Source of the DNA: Malacoraja senta
Lineage: Eukaryota
DNA: 64,000 nucleotides
NCBI GenBank assembly: GCA_038087875.1
Contig: CM075995.1
Span: 5,644,001-5,708,000 of the forward strand
Direction of reading: 5' to 3'
Part shown: positions 62,897 to 64,000 of the stretch, one piece after another
How the letters are laid out: every line of letters begins with the position of its first letter
Numbering within the stretch: position 1 is the stretch's first letter
Notes under the pieces: generated by a model
Told to the model about the DNA's origin: nothing
What the model saw: only the letters and a program-made list of their open reading frames with translations
The model's database searches: none
Made by a program: the position numbers and the translations under genes

Positions 62897-63420
62897 AACG
62901 TGGTTTGCCATAACTTATCTACCTGATAACGAGTTTCACATTCTCACATTCTTGATATATCTGCAGTTACAATTAGGTCTGAAGAAGGGTCCCGATCCGA
63001 ATCATGCCTATCCATCTCCGCCAGTGATGCTGCCCGACCCGCTGAGCTACTCTAGCATTTGTGTCTTGTATTATCAGCAACAGTGCTTGCAAAGAATGGC
63101 CGTAACAAAGTAGATTTATATATTTTCATCAATACTATGTCCAGAGTGCTGATCATTCAGATTATTTTTTTAATTTGGTGCACATATTTGTGCTTAAAAT
63201 TATCCTTCATTGTGCCCTCATCCTCCAGTGCTTAGATACTAGTTTACTTAATTTACACTACTTTACTAAGCTTACTTGTTTACTAAACTTACACTACGTA
63301 GTTTAAAGCAGCCCCAGAGGTCACAGGAACACCAGGTTGAAAGAGAAGATAGCACAGTTTTGCATTTGCTCTTGATTACTCCTTTGAAAAGGTGTTGGTA
63401 GATGGATCTTCAGGGAGGTT

Positions 63421-63732
63421 ACAGTGGCACAGCTGGTAGAGCTTCTGCCTCAAGGCACCAGAGACCAAGGTTGGATCCTGACTTCGGGTGTTGCCGGTGT
63501 GGAGTTCACATGTCCTCCCTGTGACCGCGTGAGATTCCTCCTGTTGATCCCGTTTCCTCCCACATCCCAAAGACGTGCAGGTTTGTGGGTTAATTGGCCT
63601 CTATAAATTCCCCCTAAATGTGTAGAAAGTGGTTAAGAAAGTGGGATAACATAAAACGAGTGTGAATGGGTGATGGTCAGCATTGACGGTTTGGGCCGAA
63701 GGGCCTGTTTCTACGCTGTGTCTCCAAACTAA
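63421..63732 (+). mobile_element. HE1-like SINE, diverged
   Basis: Degenerate head, core, gggccgaagggcctgttt tail. Confidence 0.75.
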
Positions 63733-64000
63733 GCGAAAACTACATGTGTAGCCCCTGTGGCTCGCCATACTGTATATTATCTTCGTCTAGCGCTTGTTGT
63801 GAAGGATGGGATAAGCATCAGTGAGCTTCAGGTAACAAGATTCAGTCCTTTCATGGGAGAAAGGAGAAAAACAATTTAATAAAACTGCACTTCATGCACA
63901 AGTGAGGAATGTGCGCCATTCAAAAAGTAAAAGTTCAAAAATGCAGCGCATCGAGCATCACCACCGATTCCCACCGAATCATTACGATTTTATGAATAAT

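Noticed and set aside
1..64000. CRISPR arrays, operons or prokaryotic defence systems; the many short antisense ORFs in the track
   Set aside because: No regularly spaced repeat-spacer structure; the DNA is vertebrate intron, and most listed ORFs are sense or antisense frames of LINE/SINE fragments.

Overview
Eukaryotic, repeat-dense vertebrate genomic DNA. The HE1-type SINEs, CR1 tails and Penelope tails point to a cartilaginous fish, probably a skate or ray (inference). The window lies inside one host gene, ELMO1, on the minus strand. Six coding exons with AG/GT borders were read by hand: 59884-59919, 41821-41920, 34540-34590, 28471-28593, 24843-24971 and 16724-16828, matching human exons ~7, 8, 11, 12, 13 and 14 (numbering from memory). 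The two exons expected between exons 8 and 11 were not found; a 200-N gap lies in that interval. The introns hold CR1 LINEs (one near full length with an SGNH-esterase ORF1), Rex1/Babar, RTE, Vingi-like, L2 and Tx1-like LINE fragments, a Tc1 transposon, Harbinger-like MITEs, an LTR with its polypurine tract, about 14 HE1 SINEs, and many Penelope-derived tails with minimal hammerhead-ribozyme motifs. Notable structures are a four-level nested retroelement stack with readable junctions, two inverted duplications of non-repeat-looking DNA, a 44-bp templated insertion, a bipartite non-autonomous RTE with TSD, and an Rbfox-flanked 36-nt exon. I see no clear evidence of a wholly new biological system. 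Repeat boundaries are approximate unless a TSD or TIR is quoted.
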